NCBI RefSeq assembly: GCF_009834535.1
Contig: NC_045697.1
Span: 87,298,001 to 87,362,000 of the forward strand
Length of the DNA: 64,000 nucleotides
Source of the DNA: Camelus ferus
Lineage: Eukaryota
Direction: 5' to 3'
Part shown: in pieces, positions 50,147 to 63,689 of the stretch
Position numbering within the stretch: the stretch's first letter is position 1
Layout: every line of letters begins with the position of its first letter
Program-made: the position numbers and the translations under genes
Notes under the pieces: generated by a model
Seen by the model: only the letters and a program-made list of their open reading frames with translations
Database searches by the model: none
What the model was told of the DNA's origin: nothing

Positions 50147-51349
50147 CCAGGCTCCTGTGATGTCTAAAGCAGAATGCTTAGTGCTGCTCAGGGACTGGAA
50201 ACAGAAAGTCAGGAATTCAGACCCATATTCCAGGACTTTGCCAACTTAACTAAACTTAGCAAATAGTAGTCAAAAGATCTTTGAGGGCACAAAAATTCTA
50301 TTTGCACCGAAATATTGAAACTGCCTCCTCCATCTGTATCTTTCCATTTACTATTCAAGTCTTGTTTGGTTTCTCTCCTGCACTAGACCTGATGCCTCAG
50401 ACTTCTGCCTTTACCTTCCATGACCACAGTATCTAAAGCAGTGCTGTAGCACCTGTATCCTTATTTTATTTTTAGAAGCACTCATCATTACTGGGAATTA
50501 GCTTGTGCATTTATTAATTGTTATTTCTCTGTCTTCCCCATCTAGAAAATTCGGGCTTCATGAAGGTTAATACACTCACCATCTGTCTTACTTATGATGG
50601 TATTGCTGTGTCCCTAGTCCCTCGAGCAGCCTCAGTACACAGTAGGAGCTCAATCAATACACACAGCAGGAGGACGGAGGGAGGTACTCAGTGAGGCTTG
50701 TCTGCAGTCCGCAAACCTGAAAGCTTCCATCAGAGCCTGATTAAATACAGAAGCAGGGCGGGCACGCTCCCTTGGTTCCCGCGAGACTGCATTGCTGGCG
50801 GACGATAGCACGGGTACTGCCAGCGGAAGTGCATCCCAGGTTCCTGCTCAGCTGACATCTACTGGTCATCTATTGTGTGCCCTCCTGGGTTACCAGTTCT
50901 ACTGCACAGTGAGTGCCCTGCATTTGCAGAAACTGACCTGAGTTGTGGCTCCTGAACCCGAGAAATGTTGCATCCTTCATGGCAGTGCTGTCAAGTTCAT
51001 GGGCACAACTCAGCCAGGTAGGCGTGTGGTAATTGGTGGCAGGGTTGGGGTTTAAACCCCCAAGTTCCTCCTTAAAGTCGAAATCTGACCCCTTGACACC
51101 CACCGCCTCTTTACCTCCACCCAGTGGCCCTGGCTCTGACCTCTAAGTCCCTCAGAACCTGCCCTTTGCTAGATCCAGTCTTCCTGACAGCCCCCCCCCC
51201 CCCACCACACACACACACACACCTTCCGATCTTCTCCAGATCCTTCAGTGTCTACCCCTTGGTCTTGGACTATAGGCCAGACTCCTCCCCACGGTTGTCC
51301 CTAAGGCCAGAGTGACCTGCCCTGCCCATCTCCTTGTTTCTGGCGGGGG

Positions 51350-51805
51350 CACCCTCTTCCTCGCTGGTTTTGCTGAAGCAACACAATTCTACTCTAAGAT
51401 CCAAACATGCCAAACTGCCACTCAGAGCCTTTGCATTCCCGGGCAGTCTCCCAAGCCCACCCTTTAACCCCTCTCCTCACAGGCTAATTCCTTCTGTTCC
51501 TCTAGGTCTCAACTTAATATCACATTCCAGAGGAGCCGTCTCTGACCACTGTACCTAAATATTGCCATGGCAATTCCTGTCTCCTAGGGTCTTTTCTGTC
51601 TCATTTTCTTGTCTATTTTCTTCCCAAGATTTTAAAGCTCATGTGAGCTTTTAAAAAAATAATCTGCTTACTTGTTTTGATCATTCTCCTCCACCTGAAT
51701 GTACACTCAGGAAGACAAACCCTGTGTTATCTTGTTCACTGTCGGATCCCCTCTGTACCTGAAGAAATCGTTCTGTGAATATCTGCTGAGTGAATGAGTG
51801 AATGC
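51350..51805 (+). mobile_element. L2 3' end
   Basis: ctcagagcctttgca...cttgttcactg...tgctgagtgaatgagtgaatg terminus. Confidence 0.65.
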
Positions 51806-52124
51806 AGGAATGCCCTCTAAGCATTTGCACATGTACATAGACAATGATTCCATTCTTCCCCTGGACCCAGGGTGCTCAGTTTTATCAAGTTTTCTTCACA
51901 GGCCATGGTACTCCCTGGACAGAGTGACTTTTCTCTGTTGTCTGTAAAGTACGGCACTCCGGGCGTGGTTGGACTCGCACAGAATACAGGGGATTGTCTC
52001 CTCCCCTTTCTATCCACGCGGGGGCCCAGGAACCAGCTTTTGTTAGGGGAGGTGGCTGAATGAGTTAACTAACTACCTGCACTGAATATACAGCCACCCC
52101 AGATGTTGCCTAGACTCCTTCTCG

Positions 52125-52285
52125 TGGGGCACTAGTTAATAGTTACTAACCAGCTGTTTTCACCCCACAACTCACCAAAGCCAGGGTAATCTGTAGTGCT
52201 TGGCAGTTCAGTGGTGTAAATACTCTCACCATGGCTGGTTCCAAGCCACCAAAGTGAGGTCACCGGATGGGGATCTGGGGAGAGC
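52125..52285. mobile_element. hAT MITE fragment (MER63-like)
   Basis: gtggtgtaaatactctcaccatggctggttccaagccacc resembles the recalled MER63 internal motif. Confidence 0.5.
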
Positions 52286-52835
52286 CGCTAACCCTCCGCC
52301 CCTCCTGCAGCTCCCGCCCCTCTCCCACACCCTCTACTCTTCCCCCGACCCCCGCCATCTTCCCTGGGAATAGAGAAGCATCACCTAAGAGAACCCACTG
52401 ATCTGCCTTGTGCAAACGCTGCATTCCCCAAGAAAACCCGAGTTCTATACAAACCAGGCGTAAAGGGAACCGGCAGGGAAGGAAGGAATGTATTAAATCT
52501 TTCAGGTCTGCTGCTTGCATCTCATTAGGCCTTTGGGCACAGGGACACGTGCCTATTTTCATGGCTTCCCTAAGACATGTCAGCTTATTAAAATTCCTTG
52601 TTTTCTTTTTCTGACCAACACTGGTGGGCAAAAGAGAAGTAGTTCTTTTGTTGTTGTTTTGGTTTCTTTTACTTAACGACATTCATTTCATTCCCCACCA
52701 CCCATCCACCACCCCCAAATCTCCCAACAGGTGGTATGACTTAAAAAGACGCAATTCAGCATCAAACTCTTCAGTGACCGTGTGTGCATGTGAGGTGTTC
52801 CTCAGGCAGGGCTGTGAAGTCATTCGGACACCAGG

Positions 52836-52838
<3 letters not shown>

Positions 52839-52868
<30 letters not shown>
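52839..52868 (+). repeat. (TG)15 microsatellite
   Basis: Read directly. Confidence 0.97.
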
Positions 52869-52871
<3 letters not shown>

Positions 52872-54409
52872 AGCATATGCTTCAGAACTATAATTTATTT
52901 ACCATGTTTTTATTTGGGTCAGTGGGAAAGGATTGGCAATTAGTTATTTTGGCAAAGGTTCAGTTATGCCTCAAAAAAAGGAACACAGACTTAACATGTT
53001 ATATAATCACTCTTAAACCACCTCTGGGAAGTTCTCCAAGCCCTGTGTGTCAGTCTCCATTGTGCATGTCTGAACACAACCTCTGCAAGAATTTCTATTT
53101 TATGAAGCAGGGTGGGGAAGTGCCGGGAGACAGTGAGAGCTGAGTTTAATTGTGAGGCTGCCTTGTTATGGGAGAGCTAAAAGGACCAGCTTATCTTAGC
53201 CTGAAATCCACCACATCAATCGCTAGGCCATGCTGAGGCAGAGACCGTCTTCCAGACCACTGGACTCTGAAAATGATTTTATTTCAGAATCGAATCATGT
53301 CTATGGGTGATTTTTCATGTCTCTGTGGTAAACTTTTATTGAAGTGTAAATGCATAAAAAAAGTACACAGATCATACATGTACAACTCTATAAGTTATTA
53401 CGAAGGGACTATAGCCATGAAACTGCTCCCCATTGCAAGAAATTAATATTATCAGAGACTCTCACCAGCTCACCCAGGCACCACCTCCCCACTCACCCCC
53501 AAAGGTGACCACTAGCACCTCTACAGAGAAGTTTTCGTTTCTCCTTTCTGATTCTAAGTCAAAGTTCTGATTTTTTCCCCCATAATTATCTAGCAGGACT
53601 CTAATTTATTAAAGAGTTTAAACTAGAGGTGGGTTGTTGTGGCGCATGTGTTGGGGGCGTCACTGAATCAGAAGCTGAAACTTGTGCAAAGGTCGTGGCC
53701 ACCCCTAGGGCAGGCCGGGGTCTGGGCATACATTTTTAGCGAGGACCCCATCTATGTAAACAATTTAACCAAAGGGTGTACTACAAAATTAACGGTCCAT
53801 CTGAGGGATAGCGATTTATCATGAAGATTTATAATAATGGTTAGGAAGTCCCGAAGTGTTTGTTTAGTGTCCAATCAGTGCACCTGGAGCATCTTAGTAC
53901 TGTCCAGGCTCTGTCTCTTCCTCTTCAGGTCCAGCAAATAGCTCTTCCTGTTCTTGATTGTCAAATGCTTTGTTTCTGGCTTATTTCACATCTCCCACCA
54001 CAAGAAAGGACAGCAACACTACTGTTCCTCACAAATTGCCATGGTTCTTCTGAAACAATATAACTCTTCTTGCCTGTTCCTAATTCCATTTATTTAATTC
54101 TGGCGACATCAGCACCTGGATGCTGCATCATCCACTGCACATCCGTGAATACTGGCTCCCAGTGATGCTCTAAGAGTTTCAGTGCTTTGTCAGTGATGTC
54201 CGGGAATGCAGTTCTTACCCAAAGTGTGCGGGAAATTGTGAACGATGATTTGTCTTCTGAACATGTTAAATTTACCACTAGGAATTTTGCAGCATTCACA
54301 TACAATAGCACATCTTCCAACCATGTTTTGTTGTTGTTGTTTCTCCTTTTCTTTAATGCCTTTACTTCTTCCTTTCTCATTCCTTAAAGAATAACTTCAG
54401 AGAATATCT

Positions 54410-54620
54410 TAAGCTTCTCCCACCCCTCAAAGCACTAATCATTATCTAACATACCATATATTGTGCTTCACTTACTTACTCTGTTTATTGTCTGTCTTCT
54501 CCTATAGAATGTAAGCTTCATGATGGCAGGTCACTGTTTTGGCCGTTGCTATAGTCCCAGGGTCTAGAATAATGCCTGGCCCAGAGTAAGCACTCAATAC
54601 ATATGTGAATTAATAAATAA
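54410..54620 (+). mobile_element. L2 3' end
   Basis: tagaatgtaagcttcatgatggcagg...tctagaataatgcctggcccagagtaagcactcaata. Confidence 0.8.
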
Positions 54621-54819
54621 AATACCACTTACAATAAGTATTTGAATTAATAAAATTTTACTTACTCTATGAAGTTCTCCTTCACTCTACTGTCTTTCTC
54701 TTTGTTTTGCAAATACTTAACCATTTGGCCTGTTTAGCACCCAGTTGGGCTATAATTGTTTCACCTGTTCTCTTTTGCATCTCTGAGTTGTAGGATTATT
54801 TGTGCGTGTTTGTTTGTAT

Positions 54820-55152
54820 ATGTCCAACTTCAGTCCTTCCCTATTTGTTCTAGAAATACACCTGCCATCCTGTTCCACTGAACTCCACAGAGGTGGGCAC
54901 GGGGCCCAGGCAGGGTCAGCTGGAGAAACCCATTCCCCTGGCCACAGAGAATGGTCAAGGGATGAGCATAAGACTCTGCAAGGAAAGCTGGAGGCCTTCC
55001 CAGGGCTTCACCACTTAGGGTCTTGTGAGCTTTTCAATTCCACTTGCTTCCAAGAAATTCCCCTTCTTCTTCTTCTTCTTTCTTTCTTTCTTTTTTTTTT
55101 TTTTTTTTGCTTAAGTTGGCTTGAGTTAGGTTTTCATTATGTGCAAACTGAA
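54820..55152 (+). mobile_element. Old MaLR LTR (MLT1J/K-like)
   Basis: attcccctggccacag...tggtcaagggatgagcat and terminal gcttaagttggcttgagttaggttttc. Confidence 0.5.
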
Positions 55153-58100
55153 GGCATCATCTTTTATATTTCTTATATTTCTTCAACTTGCAGGCCAATA
55201 CATGCATTTGGTTGTAAGCAGATTTCTACTCTATTCTAAATTATAGATAACTCAATGCAAATGCATTTCTCCCTTTGTTATACAAGTAGTGAAAAGGAGT
55301 ATCTAATACTTGGTTATGTGGTCCCACATAATCTATGAGAAACATAAAGATAATAGTAATGGCATTAATGATAGAGGAAAAAAATAAATGCAAAAAGCCA
55401 CTTTTAAGTATACTGTAGACTACTTTTTATGGTTACATTTTTCAGATAGAAGAATTTGTACTTAAAAAAAAAAGCAAATATAAGGTCTGGCTTAGTGGGT
55501 GCCTGTTGCAGCTTTCTGGGTTCTGTAATATAATAATGTCAGACCTGGGTGAATTCTGGTTCAGCTCTTTAATAGGTCAGCTAAGTTATTTCCCCCCAAT
55601 ATTCTCATTTTTATCACTCATGTAAATGAAGAGGGCAACCACATATTTCTCAGGATCATTTGAAGATTTGTATTTGGAGGTAAAATATATACCTGATTTA
55701 GCCTAATTTCTCTAGGAAACAGAGCTTGAGGCAGAAGCTTATGTGCTAGCCTTTCTACAGGGGATGCGGTCCCAAGGGAGCATGCATGTGGGTTAGAGGA
55801 CCGAAAGGCCAGGAAGGAGCAGGCAAACCTGCCACTGCGTTAGCAGGAGGCCACAGCTTTGACCCAAGCACAGCTGATTGCTTATTCTCATGGTTCTGCT
55901 CCCCAGCAGTCTACTACTCTTGGTACCATCTGTCCGGGTGGAGGAAGAGAGAAGAAATTATGTGCTGGTTCCCACTCCCACTGGTCAAAGTTTGCCCCCA
56001 GGGTGTGGGCTCCCCACACTTCCAGGTGGGCTACTTACCCTCTCTGGCAGCTGACACAGGAGGCCTCGTAGCGTGAGACTTGGGGAGGCGCAGAAAGCCA
56101 TAGCTAAGCCACTCCTGGGAGCTTCCTAAGCTGGGCCTGGAGTAATAACCATGACCCACGTGGCAGCCAGGGCTGGAAGACACTTCATAGTGTTAATATC
56201 CCTCCTTCCTCAGGTGGCCCAGACATATGCTGGGGTGTCGTAGCTCTGACATTATTAAAATGAAATTCTATTAGGAACAAACAATGCAAGATGGCTTAAG
56301 TTGACCTGCCAAATCTCCTCTTTTCTAAACACCACTTCCAATGGTGTCTAAGGTAGGTAATTTCATACCTACCTGGGCAAAGAATGTCCCAGATTCTTTG
56401 ACATTTGGCTCTTTGGGCTGAGTCCTTGAGGCATCAATGGCTTTCTAATTTCTATAATGGCCTGGGGGCCTTTTGACTTCTTTTTCCCTACTGAAATCTC
56501 TGCCAGAGTTGGACGATTTTCAAGAACAGATTCCAGGAAAGTGTGGAAAGGAGGCTAGTTTGACTTTTAAAACACCTGGAGTTTAAAGACCACCCCAGGC
56601 ACCTGGTAAAGGGACACGGCAACCACAATACCTACAAGCCAGGTGACCCCACAAGATGTCTTTACCATGAAGTAGGCAGTTTCTCATGTGGACCTTTAAT
56701 CTCCCAAAATTCCACACGAGTGGCCAAATCTGGCCAAGTAGTAATAAGTTACCACCTTTTCCCCTAATTCTAAAAACTGCTTCAAAGTGTGACTTTTTGC
56801 TAAAAGAAAAAAAAAAAAAGAACTTAAAAGTTCCAACTGTCTGAACATTTTCTACTTTAAAAACAATAACTGAATTATACAGGAAAATAATGGTACATGA
56901 CTCATGGTAAACAAACACCAAACACATATCTTAATCATCCGTACAGGAGTCAGGAAACTACGTGACTCCATAAAGGAATCAGCCAGAAAGGAAAAATGAA
57001 GGCTATTCAGAAGACAAATTTGAAAGTTTTATTTTTTTCAAATTGTAACTTTGTATAACTTCAAACAACCACATCGATCAGAATCCATCAGAATATAGAG
57101 AAGAATGTTTAGGTACCTTGAGATCTACCCATGTTCCACCAAACTAGGTTTCAGTTAATGAAGTATCTATTTATGAAAGTCCTTGTTAACTTTTTGCGAG
57201 TCTTATCCTATTTTGAATGATCAGAATCATAACCCATCACTTCTGTAATAAGCAACATCACTAAAATCTCCTGAGAGCTAACTGCACCGTGCATTCTGCT
57301 AGGTAATGCGGCACACAAGATGTGTAAGTTATCCTCACCTTAATGGAGTCTTGATCTAGTTAAATAAGCAGGTATAATGAGAAAATTCCATGTTTCATGA
57401 AGCTGTGGGGGCTAGCTTGTAACAGGGAAGGAATTCCTCTATGTGAGGTAATCTGTGTATCTTCTCCTAGAGACGTCATGATGGCCAACACAGAATGGTG
57501 GCAGAAACTTACTTAAAGCTATAAAAAAACCTCTCAAATAGGATTATTATTTTTAGTAATATATAGCTATATAATATTACCCACTCCCCCTGGAGAATAT
57601 AAGTAGCTGGCAATGTTGCATAAAATATCAAAAGCACATACATTGAGAGTGAAAGAAGAAAATTAAGACAGGCCCAAAATTAGAACCAGGAATCAAGTGA
57701 AAGCAAAAATGTATATTTGATGATGCTCAAAATGGGTGACAACATTGACCTTAAGCTTTCTATTAGTTATGCAAAAGGGAAAGCCAGGCAGTTATGCCTG
57801 GCTCCACGATATGCATGAGCTAAAAAGCATACCAGGGTGCTTAGGAATTCTGGCCTCTCTCTGCACGTATACTTGGAAGCGTTGGGCTCGGGCCCCCATG
57901 GCACACAAACTAAAGGGGTACGTACAGTACAACTTTCACAGAGCTGAGAGTCACAGGGTCTCCAATCACCTGGTGTTGCCCACCCTTACAGCATAACATG
58001 AAAGTAACTTGGAGGAGAACCAGGGTACTCTGACAGTTTCTGGAAAATTAAAGGGCATCTTTTGCAAATAGGCCGCTGAAGGCTACAGTGGGAGGACAGA

Positions 58101-59090
58101 CAGCAAGGCTGGGATGGGTTGGAATACATTCTGAGCACGTGTTTAGTTACAGAGGCAAACACCTGACAGAGGACAGCTTCTCTGACTGGAAATCTTAAGG
58201 GACATGTTTCCCCAGGGTGGTGGAAACTAGCAAACACAGACAGCTGCAAAAAAGCAGAGAGAATAGACTTAAAACGAGGCCCTGTTTTACCAGCTTCATA
58301 TAAAGGAAACAGTCTTTGGTGAATGTTAGGGAAAGATGTAGGGGAGCCTTTGCCAACGGGTACAATCTCCACGTGGCTGCACCCACCAATCAGGAAGAAC
58401 TCCCAAAACTTTCCCAAAAAAATGCCAAACCAAGAAAGGCACCTGGAAGCGGCAAAGGTGGAACAAAAGGTCCTAAGAATTTCATGTGAACCATGAGGGC
58501 ACAGAGAAACCCAGCAGAAGATGGGGACCAAGCTTGCCTCACCTCTGGAAGATAGTCCAGTACTCTTGGTGGAGCGGCTCCTCCATTTCAGGACTGGAAG
58601 TTCCCCAAGCCCCTGTTTGAACTAAGCATTCACCCCACCCCATCCCCCACCATAAGAGGCACGTGGAGCTCAAAGCAATTTTGACTGGTTTTGCACAAAA
58701 TCCAAGATGGTGAGTTATCTCTTAATAAAACCACCTTTTGCCCCATTGTAAACATTATGCTTGCAAGTGGGAGTTCGTGCCAGGTACTTACTGTTATCTT
58801 CAGGGAGGTAACTTCAGTGGTTGCTCACCAGGGGCCAGAGCCAACAAATTGCCCCATCCTTGTAAAGGGGCCTGGACCCACAGAGGCAATTTTGTGCAAT
58901 ATTCTTCGTAGCAGGATCAACATCTTTGAAATCTCTAGCATGACTGGGATACAGTGACACAAATCCCATCTCCCTCTCTATGTGTCTAAGTCACACAAAG
59001 GTGGCCCTGGGGCCAAACTGTCTTCTTTGACATGCATGGTATTTTGAAAAATGAAATGAATCTTCAACATTCAAAAATCAGGGAAAAACA

Positions 59091-59864
59091 TGCTGGAGAG
59101 GCTGTGGAGAAAGGGGAACCCTCCTACACTGCTGGTGGGAATGCAGTTTGGTGCAGCCACTATGGAAAACAGTGTGGAGATTCCTCAAAAGACTAGGAAT
59201 AGACTTACCATGTGACCCAGGAATCCCACTCCTGGGCTTGTATCCAGAAGGAAATCTACTTCAGGATGACACCTGCACCCCAATGTTCATAGCAGCACTA
59301 TTTACAATAGCCAAAACATGGAAACAGCCTAAATATCCATCAACAGGTGACTGGATAAAGAAGATGTGGTATATTTATACAATGAAATACTACTCAGCCA
59401 TAAAAACCGACAACATAATGCCATTTGCAGCAACATGGATGCTCCTGGAGAATGTCATTCTAAGTGAAGTAAGCCAGAAAGAGAAAGAAAAATACCATAT
59501 GAGATTGCTCATATGTGGAATCTAAAAAACAAAAACAAAAACAAACAAACAAAAACAAAAACAAAAACAAACAAACAAAAACAAAGCGTAAATAAAGGAC
59601 AGAAATAGACTCACAGACAGAGAATACAGACTTGTGGTTACCAGTGGGGTGGAGGGTGGGAAGGGATAGACTGGGATTTCAAAATTGTAGAATAGACTAC
59701 ACTGTATAGCACAGGGAAATATACACAAAATGTTATGATAACTCACAGAGAAAAAAATGTGACAATGAGTGTGTATACGTCCATGAATAACTGAAAAATT
59801 GTGCTGAACACTGGAATTTGACACAATATTGTAAAATGATTATAAATCAATAAAAAATGTTAAA
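59091..59864 (+). mobile_element. Young 5'-truncated L1 with perfect 18-bp TSD
   Basis: Uninterrupted ORF2 C-terminus 59091-59525 ([18 protein letters not shown] zinc knuckle ... YHMRLLICGI*), 3' UTR and aataaa. aaaaatcagggaaaaaca at 59073-59090 and 59865-59882. Confidence 0.95.
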
Positions 59865-59898
59865 AAAAATCAGGGAAAAACAAAAACAAAAAAACGTA

Positions 59899-60040
59899 GG
59901 GGAGAGTATAGCTCAGTGGTAGAGTGTGTGCTTAGCATGCATGAGGTCCTGGGTTCAATCCCCAGAACCTCTGTTAAAAAACTTAAGTTAAAATAAATAA
60001 TTCATAAATAAACCTAATTACCTACCCCCACCAAAAAAAA
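59899..60040 (+). mobile_element. Camelid tRNA-derived SINE (Vic-1-like)
   Basis: A box tagctcagtggt (59909-59920), B box ggttcaatccc (59952-59962), AT-rich tail aaataaacctaattacc and an A run. Confidence 0.92.
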
Positions 60041-61849
60041 TATCAGGGGACTTCCTGTTAAGAGCCTTGATGTACCCTTTTTTCTGCAAAACGTGGAAGA
60101 GCTGCCGCCTCTGGGCCCGTGCCCCCGTGTGGCGGCCTTCTCCTTTAGAAGGGGCAGCAAGGCCCCACCCTCCAAGTAGGTAACTGACCTTGAGGCCGAG
60201 GGGGGCAGCCGTCGGTCAGAGTGTTTGTGCTGTTTTTCTGAGAGGAGGAAAGTTCTTGGTGCCCACACTCTATGAAGAGAGAAGTCAAAGTGGACTGAGA
60301 GAACCACGTGCTGCTTACACCAAATCCCCTTCCCGTGCACGCCACCCGCCTGGGCCCCGAAGCCTAAGGTGTCCTTGGGATGGTTTCCCCATACAATATT
60401 TTACTTTTTTATTAGTACCAGCATTCTCTAGTCTTTTGCTCCTTCCACCTTCCTCCTTCCACCCTGGAAGAATGCCTGATTATTATAAAAACGTATTTTG
60501 CTTAATAACTAACATATTCTATGGCTCCTGCATGTCAAAAAACCTGTCTGAGTACGACAGATGGTTTCCTTTCGTGGGTAAATCTGAGATCTGAGAGTGG
60601 GAAGCATATTTGAATGATAAAAGTTTGGCACCTTCAGTTTAGCTTCGTGAAAAGTGGAGGCAGGAATGAGGAACCAACACACTGAATCATATTCTTTGCC
60701 ACAATCTGTGGCATTACTTTCACACTCACGATTTGCTAATCACAATTTCTGATGTTTTCATGTTCTGGGGACATTTTTTGTTACTTGAGTGATTGTTGCA
60801 AAGTGATTCAAACCAAGAAAGAAATCTGGATTCATCTATGGCTTTACCAAGGCTCTAAAGTTTATCTTTGAGGGCGAGCTGGAAATAAAAATGTATCACC
60901 TTTCTTTCCTTTCTACATTAAGAAAAAAGTTTTTTCTTTGAATGCCTGACTGTTGTTGTAGTGGGAGAAAGGTAGTCACCAGGGAAATTAGGCACAGGAT
61001 AAATATTTATTAGTTGAATGAATGAGTGAACATCAGAGGTTATATCTAGAAGACTGACTCATAGCCTGGAGCACATTGGCAGGCAAGGCTGAGCGGCAGA
61101 GGGTGGTGTCATGAACGGCATGCAGGTGTTTTGATGGCCCAGGTGAACTATGCAAATCCGGTGGCATCAGTTACTAACCAAAGACAGAGGAGGGGGAACC
61201 TGCGAAGACAGTGAAGAAATGACAGAAAGAGGGACAAGTGACTGACTTCATGCTGATGGTGATTTTTCCTGGATATTTTGCAGAATTGTGCTAAAGTAGT
61301 TACAGAACAATGGCAGCAGCCTTCGATCACAAACATCCCAACTGTACAAAGAAGAAAAAAAAGAGAAAGTAATGATCGATCCCACCTACTTAAAAGGAAA
61401 AGACCTGACGTGACTCTACAAACATAAAACTATAAACATTTTCAAACATCTAATCCCACTGGTCACGTTACAGGGTGTGGGCTTTTCACATTCTCTAGCT
61501 TGTGGCAAAGCAGTGCAGCTCCAGCCGGTGTGGCGATTTCCCTGTGAACACAGCTGCGTGCGTCCGCATTTCCCTCTTTGTCTCCTGGAAATCACCCAAC
61601 AGCGACAAGAAGAATAAAGAAAAGTGCATACCCTATTTTTGGTGAAATTAGGAGGCAGGTATATTCCCCAGACTCCACAACGTAGAACTGGCCACCCAAT
61701 GCGGCTGAGTTCATAGAAGGAAGAGGGGGAAACGTAGAGAGAAGCCTTACTGGGTAAGAGGACACAGTGCAGCAGCCCTAGGTGAGAGCCCGCAAAAGTG
61801 CACTTATCCAAGGTGAGAGGCACGTCCTGAGGGGTAAAAGCTTTTCCTC

Positions 61850-62140
61850 TGTGTGACACAGTATTATTTCTTCAAAATATTTCTGACCCTCCCTGCTAGT
61901 GTCTTTCCTGCCACCCTGGACCTTCTGGCCTTTTCCTAAACAGGGCTATTTGTGCTAAAGATTGATCTGTCCCACTTCACTGTGTCAGGCTGGGCCATCA
62001 GACTGGCTCGGGCCAATGACGTGAGTGGAGTGACAGGTACCACTTCTGAGCAGCAGCTTTAAAGAGCCGCCTCTCTTTTCCCTGTCACCGACCAGCAATT
62101 TCCTAGAAAAAATACTAGTAGTCGACTTGTTTTCTTTCAG
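61850..62140 (+). mobile_element. Old MaLR LTR fragment (MLT1G/H-like)
   Basis: ggctgggccat...ggccaatgacgtgagtggagtgaca...cacttctgagcagcagctttaaagagcc. Confidence 0.55.
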
Positions 62141-62169
62141 TTCATAGAAGAGCAAGGGTTCAAAAATAT

Positions 62170-63300
62170 GAAAATACATAGAGCTTAATAATATTATTAA
62201 TAAGTAAATAGCTTTATAATATATGTCATTTTCTCTCCTAATAATGGAGAATATATCTTCATTTTAAGTATATCTGAATTGATACATTTTATCAGCCCAC
62301 AAAGGAAACCTCAGCATATTCCCAAAATTCAAAAAGAGTATGGGGAGGAGGGTATAGCTCTGTGGTAGAGTGTGTGCTTGATGGCAGAGTGAGTGCTTAG
62401 CATGCACAAGGTCCTGGGTTCAATTCCCAGTACCTCCAATAAAAAATAATAATAATAAATCAATAAATCTAGTTACCTCTCCACTCCCCCAAAGAGCAGA
62501 ATATAGATAGAATTCTCCAATTACAATGAAAACAACCCAGAAATTAATAAAAATAAAAGCCCCTAGTACCTGGAAATGAAAGGCAGAAAACAAATCAATA
62601 AAACCTGCAATTCTTGGCTCAAAGAAGAAATACAAACTGAAATACATAGATAAGATACATACAAAATACAAGGAATACAAAACCTCCATATCATAACATA
62701 TGGGATATAGCTAAAGCAATTTTTAGAGGAAAACTTCATAGCTTTATGTGTTTAAATCAATAAAAAATAAACAATTTCCTGAGAAATTCAAAAGGAAGGA
62801 ATATAAAAATAAAATATAAATTAATAAATTGGAAAACAGAAACACAGTAACAAATATAAATACATTCAAAATAAGTCCTTGGAAAATGCAATAAAATAGA
62901 CAAATTGATAGCTGAACAACTAGTTTATAGGAAACAAAATATAAATATAGTTTAGTGTGTACCTATAATTTACTATATTTACAGTCTTTAATATACTCTG
63001 AAAAGATTTTCAACTCTACTACTGTTCTAAGAGAAATACAAAATAAAACCACACCTAGGTACCATTTTTCACTTATCTGATTGGAAAACACTGAAAAACT
63101 TGATGACTCACTGTGTCGATGAGGCCTTGAGGAAATAAACTCTCTTTAACAGATCTAATGGGTGTGAAAACTGTATCATCTCTTTTGATGGGAATTTGAA
63201 AATATCTCGCAAAACAAAAACTCCATAAACCTTGCCAATTCACTTTCAGGATTTTATCCTGCAGATACGTTCACACAAGGATGAACATGTTTATCTTTTA
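62170..63300 (+). mobile_element. Old degenerate L1M ORF2 fragments
   Basis: A-rich, with atgggatatagctaaagcaatttttagaggaaaacttcatagc and agagaaatacaaaataaaaccaca. Confidence 0.65.
62342..62493 (+). mobile_element. Camelid tRNA-derived SINE (Vic-1-like) with an internal 19-bp duplication
   Basis: gggtatagctctgtggtagag...gcttagcatgcacaaggtcctgggttcaattcccag; possible TSD aaagagta / aaagagca. Confidence 0.9.
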
Positions 63301-63689
63301 GTTTTGTTTTCACTGAGCAGGGGAAAAAGAAATGATGGAACACCTATAGTATTTCAGACAGTTCACACATGCATCTCATTTAATTCTGAGAACAACATAG
63401 TGATGTAATTACTCTTTCCATTTTATAAACAAAGCCACCAAGGCTCAGAGAGACATGCCACTTGTCAAGGTTGCTCATGTAGTGAATGTCAAAACTGGTT
63501 TCAAATCCTACTCTGATCCGTCTGACCCTAAAGGTATCCCTCATGGACTCTAAGGAACTACGTGTCCTTATTTGTAAAAACCAAGAGACTGATGGACTCT
63601 AAGATTCCTTCACCTCTGATTCTGAATGCAGCCCCCCTGCCCATTTCTCTCAGTATAATTCCCATCTCAGGTGGTTGTGTGCACCAGTC

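Larger units (their letters stand above)
58995..60380 (+). mobile_element. MER102-like hAT element split by nested L1 and SINE insertions
   Basis: Left half ends caacattcaaaaatcaggga; right half resumes at about 60051 with gaagagctgccgcctctgggccc and ends cacccgcctgggccccgaagcc. Confidence 0.6.

Noticed and set aside
57986..58531. 181-aa minus-strand ORF (similarly 23243-23695, 46993-47475, 61416-61859)
   Set aside because: Mostly non-ATG starts, no recognisable domain and no exon structure; consistent with chance.
59148..59525. 125-aa ORF as a host gene
   Set aside because: It is the C-terminus of L1 ORF2p in a truncated insertion.
59899..59970. tRNA genes (also near 31215-31282 and 62342-62430)
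   Set aside because: They have A and B boxes but no closing acceptor stem, and share a SINE tail; they are tRNA-derived SINEs.
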